This document shows, piece after piece, positions 9,001 through 15,900 of a DNA stretch of 25,756 bases. The DNA is from a virus (taxonomy: Duplodnaviria > Caudoviricetes). The stretch covers positions 1 to 25,756 of the IMG/VR virus record IMGVR_UViG_3300005512_000294. One strand, 5' to 3'. A program made the translations under genes and the position numbers. Positions within the stretch are counted from its first letter, which is position 1. Each line of letters begins with the position of its first letter. The notes under the pieces are model-generated. The model had not been told where the DNA came from. It worked only from the letters and a program-made list of their open reading frames with translations, and searched no databases.

Positions 9001-11015
9001 TGATGGTCGAAAGAGGTCAGAAAGGAACCACTCCGCAGTTCTGGCCAGCTGGAACATATCTCAGACAGGTTCCAGATCCAGTATCTGTTGCTCCTGCAGG
9101 AATTGCTCAGATCAGTAGTGAAGCATCTGTAATTATGGTTGGTGCTTCTTCTGGAATTGGTGAGGGGCAAGAAGGTCAAGATAGAATTCGCTATCAGCAG
9201 GTAGAATCTCCAGATGTAACTTTAACAACAACATCTAGAGTATTAACTGCGGAAGTTCAACCAGAGTTGAATATAGAATCTATCATTGATATTAATTTTG
9301 ATAATCAGACATTCTATGAGGTTGGAGCACCAAACATTGATGTACAATTTGAGACATTTGCTCATAATCAAACAGAAGTTAAAGGAGAAATCAAAAAAGA
9401 TCCATTTACAATAAGTCAAATTAGTATTGAACAAACAATTGTAAGTGTTGCTATTAATCCTACTATAACTTCTACTGCTTCAATTCTATTCACTAGTGAA
9501 GTTGTATCTAAGGTATCTACAGAACCTGTAGAAACAGCTTTTGATTCTCTTGGACACAAAGAGACTATTGTACGTGGTGAAATCAAAAAAGATCCATTTA
9601 CAATAAGTCAAATTAGTATTGAACAAACAATTGTAAGTGTTGCTGTTAATCCTGTTGTAACTTCTACTGCTTCAATTCTATTCACTAGTGAAGTTGTATC
9701 TAAGGTATCTACAGAACCTGTAGAAACAGCTTTTGACTCTTTAGATCACAATGAAACTACTGTACGTGGTGAAATTAAAAAACTACTGGTTGCTAACACA
9801 TATGAAATTAATCAAACAATTATAAACGTTGCTGTTAATCCTGTTGTAACTTCTACTGCTTCAATTCTATTCACTAGTGAAGTTGTATCTAAGGTATCTA
9901 CAGAACCTGTAGAAACATCTTTTGATTCTCTTGGACACAAAGAGACTTTAGTTAGAGGAGAACTTCGTAAGGATATTAAAGATTTATATTCTGCTAAGGT
10001 ATCTCAAACGATCGTTAATGTTGCTATAGGACCCGCAATTTCAAGCACATTTGAGGTTAAAATACTATCTGATGTCATTTCTTTCGTACATGTTTCTCCA
10101 ACAGCAACATCATTCTCTACATTTGAACACAAAGAAACCTTTGTAAGTAAGAGTAGAGATAGATTTGATGCTCTTCTGGGAATAATTTCATTTGAATTTA
10201 ATGTAACTGATACTGTCGTTAGTGTTGCTGTTAGTCCAACCGTCGCCTCAACATCTACTGTTAGTGTTAATAGTGAGGTTAAACAAATTGTTATTAGAGA
10301 ACCACGAATAACTTCTTTTGTTACTACTGCTTTCCAAGCAGAAGTTAATAATATAATTCAGATTGTACATAGTGAATTCGTTATTAAGAAAAATGCGACA
10401 GAAGTTATCTTCTTTACTCCACCTTCTGGTGTTGTAGATGGATATGAAGAAAATGTGTTTATTAATGATCCAATTGAAACTAGATTAAATGGATTTGTAG
10501 ATTTGCTTGATGATTATGGAGTAGTCCAAAGAAATTCAAATATTATATTTGTTACAAATTTAGTGTTTGGAGAAGTTGAAGATTATTTTGGATCTTATGA
10601 AAAAACTAATGTTGGTCATACAATCGGACACTTTGATGGCATTTTTGATGATGGTGTATGCAATGCCTCTGGAGTGACATTACTAGAGTTTAGCACATAT
10701 TTCCCATCTATGACTATTAAAGACTTTATAGAAAGGAAAGATTCTAGTTATACTTTGACTGCTGCTAAGTTTAATTTAATGCCACCATCAATTCAAAATC
10801 CTGTTGCCATTAGTTCTTCCACAGGAACTATTGGTGGACTGATTGTTGTACAAGATACAACATATTTCCCCAACGAAGGTTACTTGTTTAGCAGTGGTGG
10901 AACTGTAATACAATACACTGGCAAAACGGATACATCATTCACTGGATGTACTCTAGTATCTGGACCAGATGCCATCAATAATAATGATGAGTTGATTCCA
11001 CATTCAATTTTATAA
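3..11015 (+). CDS. gp7: Baseplate wedge initiator, T4 gp7-like giant protein (5'-partial; >=3670 aa in window)
   Basis: The frame of ORF 843..11015 is open back to base 3 (IDKRTLIKNIQKFYKTKGTDSSIKFIF...), which matches the gp7-family 'IKNIxxFYxxKGT' motif. It also has the gp7-type 'LDSYFYQDYSYVVKS...HPAGFKLFG' motif (~4875-4991). It lies directly upstream of gp8, as in T4-like phages. Confidence 0.88.
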   Translation: MDKRTLIKNIQKFYKTKGTDSSIKFIFTTIVAKDDSNNPEVYKPKDFTYKASKSDWINVYALKVKVISGDPKNLIGQRVTQPETNEYNFVSATVDNVYPDGTSDGEQIWNIVLAPETVTGEFAVSTKTRLEKTLSQNDGVGKRVNVFSTIGWEKSGEILIGQETIKFEEKNITQFIIKKRGDITYTHSVGESVYKPVIISGSGVSLLTLGVVYNFTTSSSKPHSYPGDTIQVSNPGFETSDPKIVKTGTNQPRWILNNNLPINAPTVPSVQTSLGQTSTDVSAIFADDQYYYITSSGFPSYKILDGSAVTQPVQDQKLLRIIRKNSTRTTEKYKTPKSDIGVLLNGVRLYGQRDPESIRFGRLESIAVNTQGGGYQKPPFVLIDGVPNKARAVLSGSVVERYIVDTNTVFPRVPNVEVTSGRDAVVRAVVTGDQVTSLVIDNPGEHYSSPPIVRITDRNGKGRFADYTAIVSTDGKITGFIQNSAGNFYTQSTVRVDIIPVGSGATATPLLTEWNFNRFEKLKSKLDTEYGYLFENYNNVLEYGYGHVANPKALRVALNDNISSSGLEPATKTHSPILGFAYDGNPIYGPFAHENPLDSQSPIVRMTSSYDINGSRPGGPSLNTYPLGTFTNDYTYVHKSGSLDENNGRFCVTPDFPEGVYAYFLTINSNQVPQYPYVLGENFYSLPVDSNYNSNINQNDIPKNSKRFFIPGMPRNGDGVVAQVAEVKSGTVDSISIDRSSSNFSVNSKVYFNNKGSEGSEAEALVQSVKGKAVQYLDSYENKVVKLTTIQNAYLFTDDVLRQPSSNASGTIVGNVTNDNVVVLKDVIGTFDNTGTFSADIKTFFILLDQKSSYTKGATLSLTDGINQPVATAEILNGTSSQNTVEIKVLSGDWLLFNDPDVDYFLQSSDVFNTSGTRAVTLTSLSDNLEPFEVNQSVALIETANNHGLGIGDRVDVDIFPDDSIKTKTYYLRKRLYQEVTFQAPKFSSTIDDTGIGRFQVLNGGADYTQGTYTNVPLTGGTGTGATANITVSSAGVVSNITIQAKGSGYRKADYLGVDDESLQRAGASLSTSRLTLYVDHVGFSAGSTILTADSTTGFSNGDLISVGEEVMEIVSVNGKNLTVTTGRENTTVVDHFDGQEISLYKARYNFTPNFQVGTSAGSGFIKSYDLETQKAIVVYEYGINKTTAQDIKVSTTFFDSSSPQRLISVKTANPIDFKFEFSEDNVNYIPNPNIDIQEFYKYKFDTSHSSLVGTYFDLSPSKNYNIITVEKQASNILPGNPGSFTDVKFGFGSRLASNMYNTKVGTDFTNFYYFDKNGIVNSDDKYLKIVTDPLQGSKTVIYVTPNRFVYDVPSEPLWDGSGNITYTTTGQFAVGEINSFKITNLGLNYKKVPVIDGIDPNANFKAQATVLFDSVTNTITGVRRDSKGSNYVNPKAVIVDGDGVDAKFNIVVRDGEIFSITVENPGRGYTYAPKIEIVEGDVEVYVDSNTIGIPQSINIIRNGGAFHLDKTVASTFSTKYVVSLSNFSGEFQKGETVVQRIGNIEVSRAKVSEWRFGSNLLKIESVDGILRENIEITGLTSKSSGKIKSIFVSTFVENITAFFDNIGYYKSDRGKLGVSNQKILDSYFYQDYSYVVKSKTPIDQWRELIKSTTHPAGFKLFGQVDVETDAAVEMPAEMPKATHFSIVQLWDPNKNKITVENTRRTITQTVQKIENQRIKKGVGSAATSEFNFNESRAFTFRIYNNTVGYYDDVIADGKPWWYKNSFDGYYDTDGRLQGSKTFQLRNDKDQPFNPTNAKNLIITLDGVLQEPEVAYTISGDTITFSQPPLGPNQKLTGSNLSELTEYKGVTFYGRYFTFKDNQYNTRYFKKGRNIFQRNGRWLDSANQIERNREFIIAESVGYGIENYPTLDWSTKLDDYQRDIGYILDAYEHDIRFGGNVKTVDYVSIFGQDSNYDYITKNKSQSLSIFKYATNLAKLAIRNWDIVESGVTYIQGSTSMIVSDTNKLAIGMHVSSGRAYPVGTKIVSIDSDTQITLSRAALSNSGGGGGAPSGVTDLDGSTGGSDLILPTSTGAVQPANTFSVNPGDVLQVPISFSASDDATFFFSGINSGTFYDASNLIAANKEYLQEEISGYTYATYNLPAGDQVKCRRDLGYLIDAIVYHLRLGGNERVVDFARLYYTNAGYPSGERLTYINRTAEETAAAIDAWNKLGEKMILAMRNSLGTGTYTSITPVTDFSVATDTQLPYCVEVESAIDSMIQVVQDILANGTGAVDATPINASKPGNWTSQTPYTNYNLIADAALPNGECDDVVSSVDSLYDNVDDVLNSQLVAKSLPDYIDGENKVFELYWEDGSEVNTEEDEDLFLTINAVLQRPKYNADYPGEDSYYIDRTTIPNKLVFDVAPIWDQDFGAKNIGEPTAVEKVIGLGVGNYKRLTIDYDLVNGVRTGPFLILDVEDSTVQSIEDKEYLYVFLDGVLQREGYSYEVAGPNIFFNVPIKKEMKIDMRYLYGRDVGQILNIYDFAPDTYFATGTIIFDSTSSFWDNFETYVWMGDKIGSNIHALQIKLKGTYNVIGRIGNLFRTSTTVKFDIIKSQNSFIIDDLDIIFAVESFYSRNITLPASEFTNVTLDLLKDEDGRKILRADTQVWAGTILGKTYKNPFVSLSNGDKIRVEGEDKFRSIRILPSQTTSKDGRDGEQLSDDIFGSVNVETYNGITRGEGLSIIANVENGSVVSLTWNQRSYNPLTQPTAYQYFTPPVLEFIPQDGSGGGARAEVIVSKGQVLSVELIDGGSGYTEAPKVVVARRYEILSERDIGVSLINVGINPYVEMFGMISSSTIDLINLPEPRAFTSSAVVADSPTRVDIDITEEIQLLQSYDLPIVIPFEKFAEWATPAGREIKLPLETSTNQYISQVSGRVADIISNSVVTASRQITSTVHNIIQNTALSNINYYEVAAYTDVDTPANAMIIYIPDTSKFKTNGYLMIGDEMVRYMRKLSDRFLMVERGQKGTTPQFWPAGTYLRQVPDPVSVAPAGIAQISSEASVIMVGASSGIGEGQEGQDRIRYQQVESPDVTLTTTSRVLTAEVQPELNIESIIDINFDNQTFYEVGAPNIDVQFETFAHNQTEVKGEIKKDPFTISQISIEQTIVSVAINPTITSTASILFTSEVVSKVSTEPVETAFDSLGHKETIVRGEIKKDPFTISQISIEQTIVSVAVNPVVTSTASILFTSEVVSKVSTEPVETAFDSLDHNETTVRGEIKKLLVANTYEINQTIINVAVNPVVTSTASILFTSEVVSKVSTEPVETSFDSLGHKETLVRGELRKDIKDLYSAKVSQTIVNVAIGPAISSTFEVKILSDVISFVHVSPTATSFSTFEHKETFVSKSRDRFDALLGIISFEFNVTDTVVSVAVSPTVASTSTVSVNSEVKQIVIREPRITSFVTTAFQAEVNNIIQIVHSEFVIKKNATEVIFFTPPSGVVDGYEENVFINDPIETRLNGFVDLLDDYGVVQRNSNIIFVTNLVFGEVEDYFGSYEKTNVGHTIGHFDGIFDDGVCNASGVTLLEFSTYFPSMTIKDFIERKDSSYTLTAAKFNLMPPSIQNPVAISSSTGTIGGLIVVQDTTYFPNEGYLFSSGGTVIQYTGKTDTSFTGCTLVSGPDAINNNDELIPHSIL
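870..2042 (+). other. Split, degenerate YHYH-like domain within gp7
   Basis: Motifs in order: YYITSSGFPSY, IGVLLNGV, HSPILGFAYDGNPIYGP (from 1722), LDENNGRF, GVYAYF (YAYF at 1983-1994 in place of YHYH), YPYVLG. The domain is interrupted by GxGYxxxPxV beta-repeats. Confidence 0.65.
5646..6983 (+). other. Two nested alpha-helical domains with phycobiliprotein-like motifs within gp7
   Basis: Copy 1 reads LDSANQIERN...YQRDIGYILDAYEHDIRFGGN; copy 2 reads YDASNLIAAN...KCRRDLGYLIDAIVYHLRLGGN. Two closing helices follow: YCVEVESAIDSMIQVVQDIL and GECDDVVSSVDSLYDNVDDVL. These align by eye with phycocyanin alpha/beta helices. Confidence 0.55.
9387..9959 (+). repeat. In-frame tandem repeat in the gp7 C-terminal region: three near-identical units (192, 192, 189 bp; 64/64/63 aa), flanked by diverged units (~9200-10350)
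   Basis: Units start at GAA codons 9387, 9579 and 9771, and the next diverged unit starts at 9960. The core acttctactgcttcaattctattcactagtgaagttgtatctaaggtatctacagaacctgtagaaaca is identical in all three. Confidence 0.95.
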
Positions 11016-11036
11016 ATAATCGTATAAATATAAATA
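11011..11036 (+). promoter_or_regulatory. Cluster of three T4-type late promoter boxes (TATAAATA) upstream of gp8
   Basis: Exact TATAAATA at 11011-11018 (overlapping the gp7 stop codon), 11023-11030 and 11029-11036. This is the gp55-recognised late consensus. Confidence 0.85.
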
Positions 11037-11069
11037 ACTCAAGCACAAACACTACGTCGGAAACAACCA

Positions 11070-12881
11070 ATGGCTGCTATTATCTCAGATAAGTTTAGAA
11101 TTTTTAATGCTAAGCAATTCCTCGAATCGTTAACTGAAGGTGCTACAGACACTAGTGCCGAACGTTCAAGGATGTACTTCTTTGTAGGAAGACCCCAACC
11201 CTGGAGAGCATACTTGGAAGTATATTCCAAGTCAGCAACAAATTTTACAGTAGGTAACGAAGTGTATGTTGGAACATATGGTACTACAGCATTCCGTGCC
11301 ACTGTTTCTGCTGTTTATGATAGTGCCCTCCTGTTAACCGACATTTTTGGTAGCAACGGTGTTAATTCTGTTCCTGCTCTTGGTAGTGCCCTGAAAGAAA
11401 CTGCTGATGGTGGTTCATCCGACACTGGTGCCACAGCAGTTACTGGTGTATATCGCTACGGTACTGAGGATGTTCCTCCTCTTCCTCTAGACAACCAAAG
11501 AGAAAAGATTGCTCTGTACGATGAGATCATTGCCGCTAAGCGTGTTACTGATGCTTTCGCAAGAACTGTTATCCGCCGTTATAACTGGGATCTAGTTGCC
11601 AATCCCAAGTTTGATATGTGGAAACCTGACTACTCTGCTACTCCTGGTGGTGGTGGTCAAATCGGTAAGCAAACAGCAACTGGACAAGAGAGTATTTCCG
11701 AAGCTAAGTTCTATGTAATGAACTCAGCATATGAAGTATTTAAGTGCCTCTATAACGGCGAAAATCCTTCTAACGCAACTGGACAGAATGCTACAGAAGA
11801 ACCAATCACCACTGGTGCTAACTACGATGCAGGAACTGGTCTTTATACAGAGACCACTGGTGCTGGTTACGTTTGGAAGCACATGTACACCATCCCAACC
11901 GATGATGTTTTGAAGTTCCTTTCTTCAGACTTCATGCCAATCGTACTTCCCGCCAACCCATCTCGTGTTGCTGTCGAAGGTTTAGCAGTTTCTGGAGCAA
12001 TTGACATTGCTCTTATTGAAGATAATGGAAATAACCTTCCAGCATCACAAACTCTTTACACTGGAATTAAAGGTGATGGAACTGGTGGCGTTATCGAGTT
12101 TGCTACTGATGGGTCGGGAACTATCACTTCTGCTTCTGTAGTAGCGCGTGGTTCTGGTTATACTTATGCTAATGTTCTTCTAGGAAATGGCAACTTATTC
12201 TCAGATCAAGGTCTATCATCCTCTGTAACGACTCCTGCTGGTGCTACTGGTGCTATTGAAGTTGTTCTACCTCCACAGGGAGGACATGGTTCCGACCATG
12301 AGACAGAACTAAATGGTAAGCGCGTAATGACCAATATTCGCCTTACTTATTCGGAAGGTTCTGGAGATTTCCCTGTAGACAACGATTTCCGTCGTATCGG
12401 CATCATCAAAGATCCATACAACTGGGGAACCACAACTTTCTCAACTTCAGATACTCTATCTGGTCTAAGAGCAGTCAAGATTACTGGAGCATCTGCTGAT
12501 TATATTCCAGATGAAACGATTACGCAAACTGTAACTGGCGGAACTGCAAAGGGAACTGTTGTCTCCTGGACACTTGATAGTGGTTCAACCACTGCTGGTG
12601 TTCTCAAATACATCCAAACAAATGACGCACATACTGATCAAGGTGTTGTAAGAGCATTTGAAAGCAATGGTGCTAACGCAATTTCGGGTAATCTGTCTGC
12701 TGCTAGTGGTAATGTTGACACTACTTACGCAAATACCCTTCTCGGTGTAACATTTACTTCTGGTTTAGCAACTCCAGAGATTGAGAATAACTCTGGTGAC
12801 GTTATCTACATTGAAAACCGTCGCCTAATCACTCGTGCTCCTGACCAGATTGAAGATATCAAACTAGTCATCGAGTTCTGA
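11070..12881 (+). CDS. gp8: Baseplate wedge subunit, T4 gp8-like (603 aa)
   Basis: N-terminus MAAIISDKFRIFNAKQFLES; internal motifs YFFVGRPQPW, FYVMNSAYEVFKCLYNG, GYVWKHMYTI and NDFRRIGIIKDP; C-terminus SGDVIYIENRRLITRAPDQIEDIKLVIEF. These are characteristic of cyanophage gp8. Confidence 0.93.
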   Translation: MAAIISDKFRIFNAKQFLESLTEGATDTSAERSRMYFFVGRPQPWRAYLEVYSKSATNFTVGNEVYVGTYGTTAFRATVSAVYDSALLLTDIFGSNGVNSVPALGSALKETADGGSSDTGATAVTGVYRYGTEDVPPLPLDNQREKIALYDEIIAAKRVTDAFARTVIRRYNWDLVANPKFDMWKPDYSATPGGGGQIGKQTATGQESISEAKFYVMNSAYEVFKCLYNGENPSNATGQNATEEPITTGANYDAGTGLYTETTGAGYVWKHMYTIPTDDVLKFLSSDFMPIVLPANPSRVAVEGLAVSGAIDIALIEDNGNNLPASQTLYTGIKGDGTGGVIEFATDGSGTITSASVVARGSGYTYANVLLGNGNLFSDQGLSSSVTTPAGATGAIEVVLPPQGGHGSDHETELNGKRVMTNIRLTYSEGSGDFPVDNDFRRIGIIKDPYNWGTTTFSTSDTLSGLRAVKITGASADYIPDETITQTVTGGTAKGTVVSWTLDSGSTTAGVLKYIQTNDAHTDQGVVRAFESNGANAISGNLSAASGNVDTTYANTLLGVTFTSGLATPEIENNSGDVIYIENRRLITRAPDQIEDIKLVIEF

Positions 12882-12901
12882 TTTATCAGACTTCTAAGAA
12901 T

Positions 12902-12929
12902 TCCCCCGAGAGATCGGGGGATTTTTTTT
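12902..12929 (+). terminator. Rho-independent terminator after gp8
   Basis: Perfect 8-bp stem TCCCCCGA/TCGGGGGA with a GAGA (GNRA) tetraloop, followed by T8, about 20 nt after the gp8 stop. Confidence 0.92.
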
Positions 12930-12935
12930 ATCTCT

Positions 12936-12968
12936 ACTAAATACTAGGGACTAGATACTAGTATTTGG
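12936..12968 (+). promoter_or_regulatory. Late promoter variant (ACTAAATA) embedded in the 5' arm of an inverted repeat upstream of vrlC
   Basis: ACTAAATA at 12936-12943 lies just after the terminator. AAATACTAG (12939-12947) is the exact reverse complement of CTAGTATTT (12958-12966). An SD-like GGAG at 12970-12973 precedes ATG 12978. Confidence 0.65.
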
Positions 12969-12977
12969 CGGAGTACG

Positions 12978-15900
12978 ATGCCTCAAAAGACTAACCTTAA
13001 TGTAAATCCTTATTACGAGGACTTTGACGCGAGTAAGAACTTTTATAAGATTCTTTTCCGTCCTGGTTACTCCATTCAAGGTAGAGAATTAACACAACTT
13101 CAATCTATCTTACAAAATCAGGTTGAAAGTTTTGGTAAGTATGCTTTTAAACAGGGAGAACTAGTTATCCCTGGAGAGGTTGGTCTTAATACAAAATTAG
13201 ACTACGTTAAGTTATCATCTGTTTCGGAAGTTGCTATTTCTGAAGGAGACGATATTGTATATAAAAAATACGATATCACTCAATTAGTAGGTTTCCAACT
13301 TCGTGGTTTGACTTCTGGAGTTATTGCTAACGTATTAGCAGCAAATATCGCAACAGAATCTGCATCAGATACTTTGTTTGTCAGTTATCAAAATAGCGGA
13401 AATTCCAATACAGAAACTACTTTTCGTCAAGGAGAAACTTTAGAAGTAGTTGATGGAGTTAATACCCCATTAATGGTTGTTGGAACTGATGGAAGTGTTC
13501 TGCCAACTAGTATTAACATTACCAACCCAGATACTGGAGAGGTAACTTCTATAGAAAGTCCCGCAATGGGATATGGATCTGCTGTAAAGGTAGAAGAAGG
13601 GATTTATTTTGTTAATGGATACTTTGTACGCAACGACTCCCAACTTTTAGTCATTGACGAGTATTACGACAAACCATCAGCGAAGGTTGGTTTTACAATT
13701 AAAGAAGATGTAGTTACTCCAGAAGAAGATGCATCTTTGTATGATAACGCTATTGGGTCTTCAAACTATACCGCACCTGGAGCACATAGACTTAGAATTA
13801 GTCTTGAACTCAAAGAATTTGCTCTGGACGCTATTACAGATAAGAATTTTATTCAACTTCTCACGGTAAGCAGAGGAGTTGTACAGAGGAAAGTTTCTCC
13901 CGCTGATTACAGTGTTCTTGAACAAACTCTTGCTAGAAGAACATTTGATGAGAGTGGAGACTATGTAGTACAAGATTTCTCTATTGATATTAGAGAATAT
14001 GCTCAAAAAGATGGCAATAGAGGTTTATACTCTATAGATGAGTTTGGTTTATATAACGGAATTTCTGCTGCTGAAGCAGGAAGAAAAATGATTGCTAGCA
14101 TTGGTCCTGGTAAAGCATACATTAGAGGTTATGAAATTGTTAATAAAGAGACAAAGTACCTAGAAATTAATAAAGCAAGAGAGAGTCTTTCTAGTGATAA
14201 TGTAACTTTAAAAACCAAAGGTCTTCCTACTTATACTGTTAGCAATGTATTTGGTAGTGTACCTTTAAATAAAGAGGGTTCTCAACTAACTGCATATCCT
14301 ACAGTATATCTGTATTCATTGTTCAATGATGGTTATGTTGGACTTAGTAACACTGAATTGGATACTAATTATCGTCAAACAGTAGACAGAAGAGGAGTAT
14401 TTTTTGATAGCAATATCGGAATTAAAACAGTAACTTTAGAAATTGTTGATGTTAATATTCCGATTACAAGTATTATACCATCTGATCTAAATGATACTTT
14501 TAGCAAACTTTGGTATGTAAAGACTAGAGCAGGAACAAATATTGTTGATAGCGTAGATGTTCTTTCTTACACTAAGGTATTCAAACCTCTTAAGAATCCA
14601 GGAACAACTGAAGAATCTAGATTCTTGGAAGTAACAGTTGCTGGAACAAAGAGTGATCTTGAAAATATTTTTAAGGAATACGATGAAAGCTCCCAGAATA
14701 AAAACAGAAAAGTATTTTTATCACAAGCAGATGCGATTGGCGATGAGAAAGAAGATTTGCCATCAATAACCTTTGCTAACATAATTGATTATAGTGATAC
14801 TATTACACCAATTATTGGTACAGCAAAACCAAGCAACTTCTACTTAGAAGAAAGAGGTGCTGGTTTTAATTCAGACTCTGATATTGTTATTTCTAAGGGA
14901 ACACTTGCTCAAGGAGGAAGTGCTTATAATGCCAAGTTCGCATTATCATATTTTGATCCTCAGTTCTTTACAAGGATCATTCTAGAATCTGGTGTTCCTA
15001 CCAATTCATATGGTGTAGGTGAGTATGTTTATGGATTGACAAGTGGTGCGTATGGAGTTGTTGAGGGAGCTCCAAACGGAGTATATTCTACTGGAAAGAT
15101 TTTATTTGTTAATACACTTTCTGGTAAATTTGTTCCTGGAGAAACAATAAGAGATGAATCAGGCAATCTTGTAAAGATTGCTAAGGAAAATACTATTTCA
15201 CATTTTGTTGTTCAGGAAAGAGGACTAGGATATCCTTCAACATCAACCATTCAAGTTGATGGTGTTAATTATGATCAATCTCAAGTTGAACTTGGATTCA
15301 ACGGTCAAGGAATTTATAGAGTAGATATTATTGACAGAGTTTCTTTCTCTGGGGAATATTCCAAACCACCTGTTGTTACAGTAAACTCAGGGGGAACGAC
15401 TCCAACTACTTCTGCTGTAATTATTCCTATTTTAAATAGAAATACCGTTACTACATATACTCCACAGAATGTTAAATCATTCGGTTCTTCATATGGTTCC
15501 GATAATGGCAACAAATTTACGGCAGATGCGGTAGTAGATGACAGAGACTTTGCTACTCTTACATCAGTAACAGATTTTACTTTCTTTGGATCTAAGGGAA
15601 CAAAATTCTTAGAATCAACAAGTTTTAGCGCAGATGCTAGCAGCATTGTACAACAGGGAGATCTAATTCAGTTTTCCGACTCTTCTAATAATGTTATTAG
15701 AGCTGTTGTACAGTATGCAACTATTCAGAAAGGATCAGCAAAAACTAGAATCTACATCGATGAAACTCTATATGATGATGTAACTAGCACAAGTGTTGTA
15801 CTACTACGTCCACGTATCAAGAATCCAAATTCAGGAACTCTACTATTCCCAACAGGAAGCAAACAAGTTCAAAAAATTTCTGCTGGAACTGAAGACACAA

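Noticed and set aside
9387-9959. 192-bp repeats as a CRISPR array or a DGR template/variable-repeat pair
   Set aside because: The units are in-frame, long and lack unique spacers. Differences include C/T, T/A and G/A changes rather than adenine-only substitutions, and there is no cas or reverse transcriptase gene in the window.
12877-12890. Small inverted repeat TCTGA-TTTA-TCAGA over the gp8 stop
   Set aside because: Only 5-6 bp and AT-rich, so likely chance; the real terminator follows.
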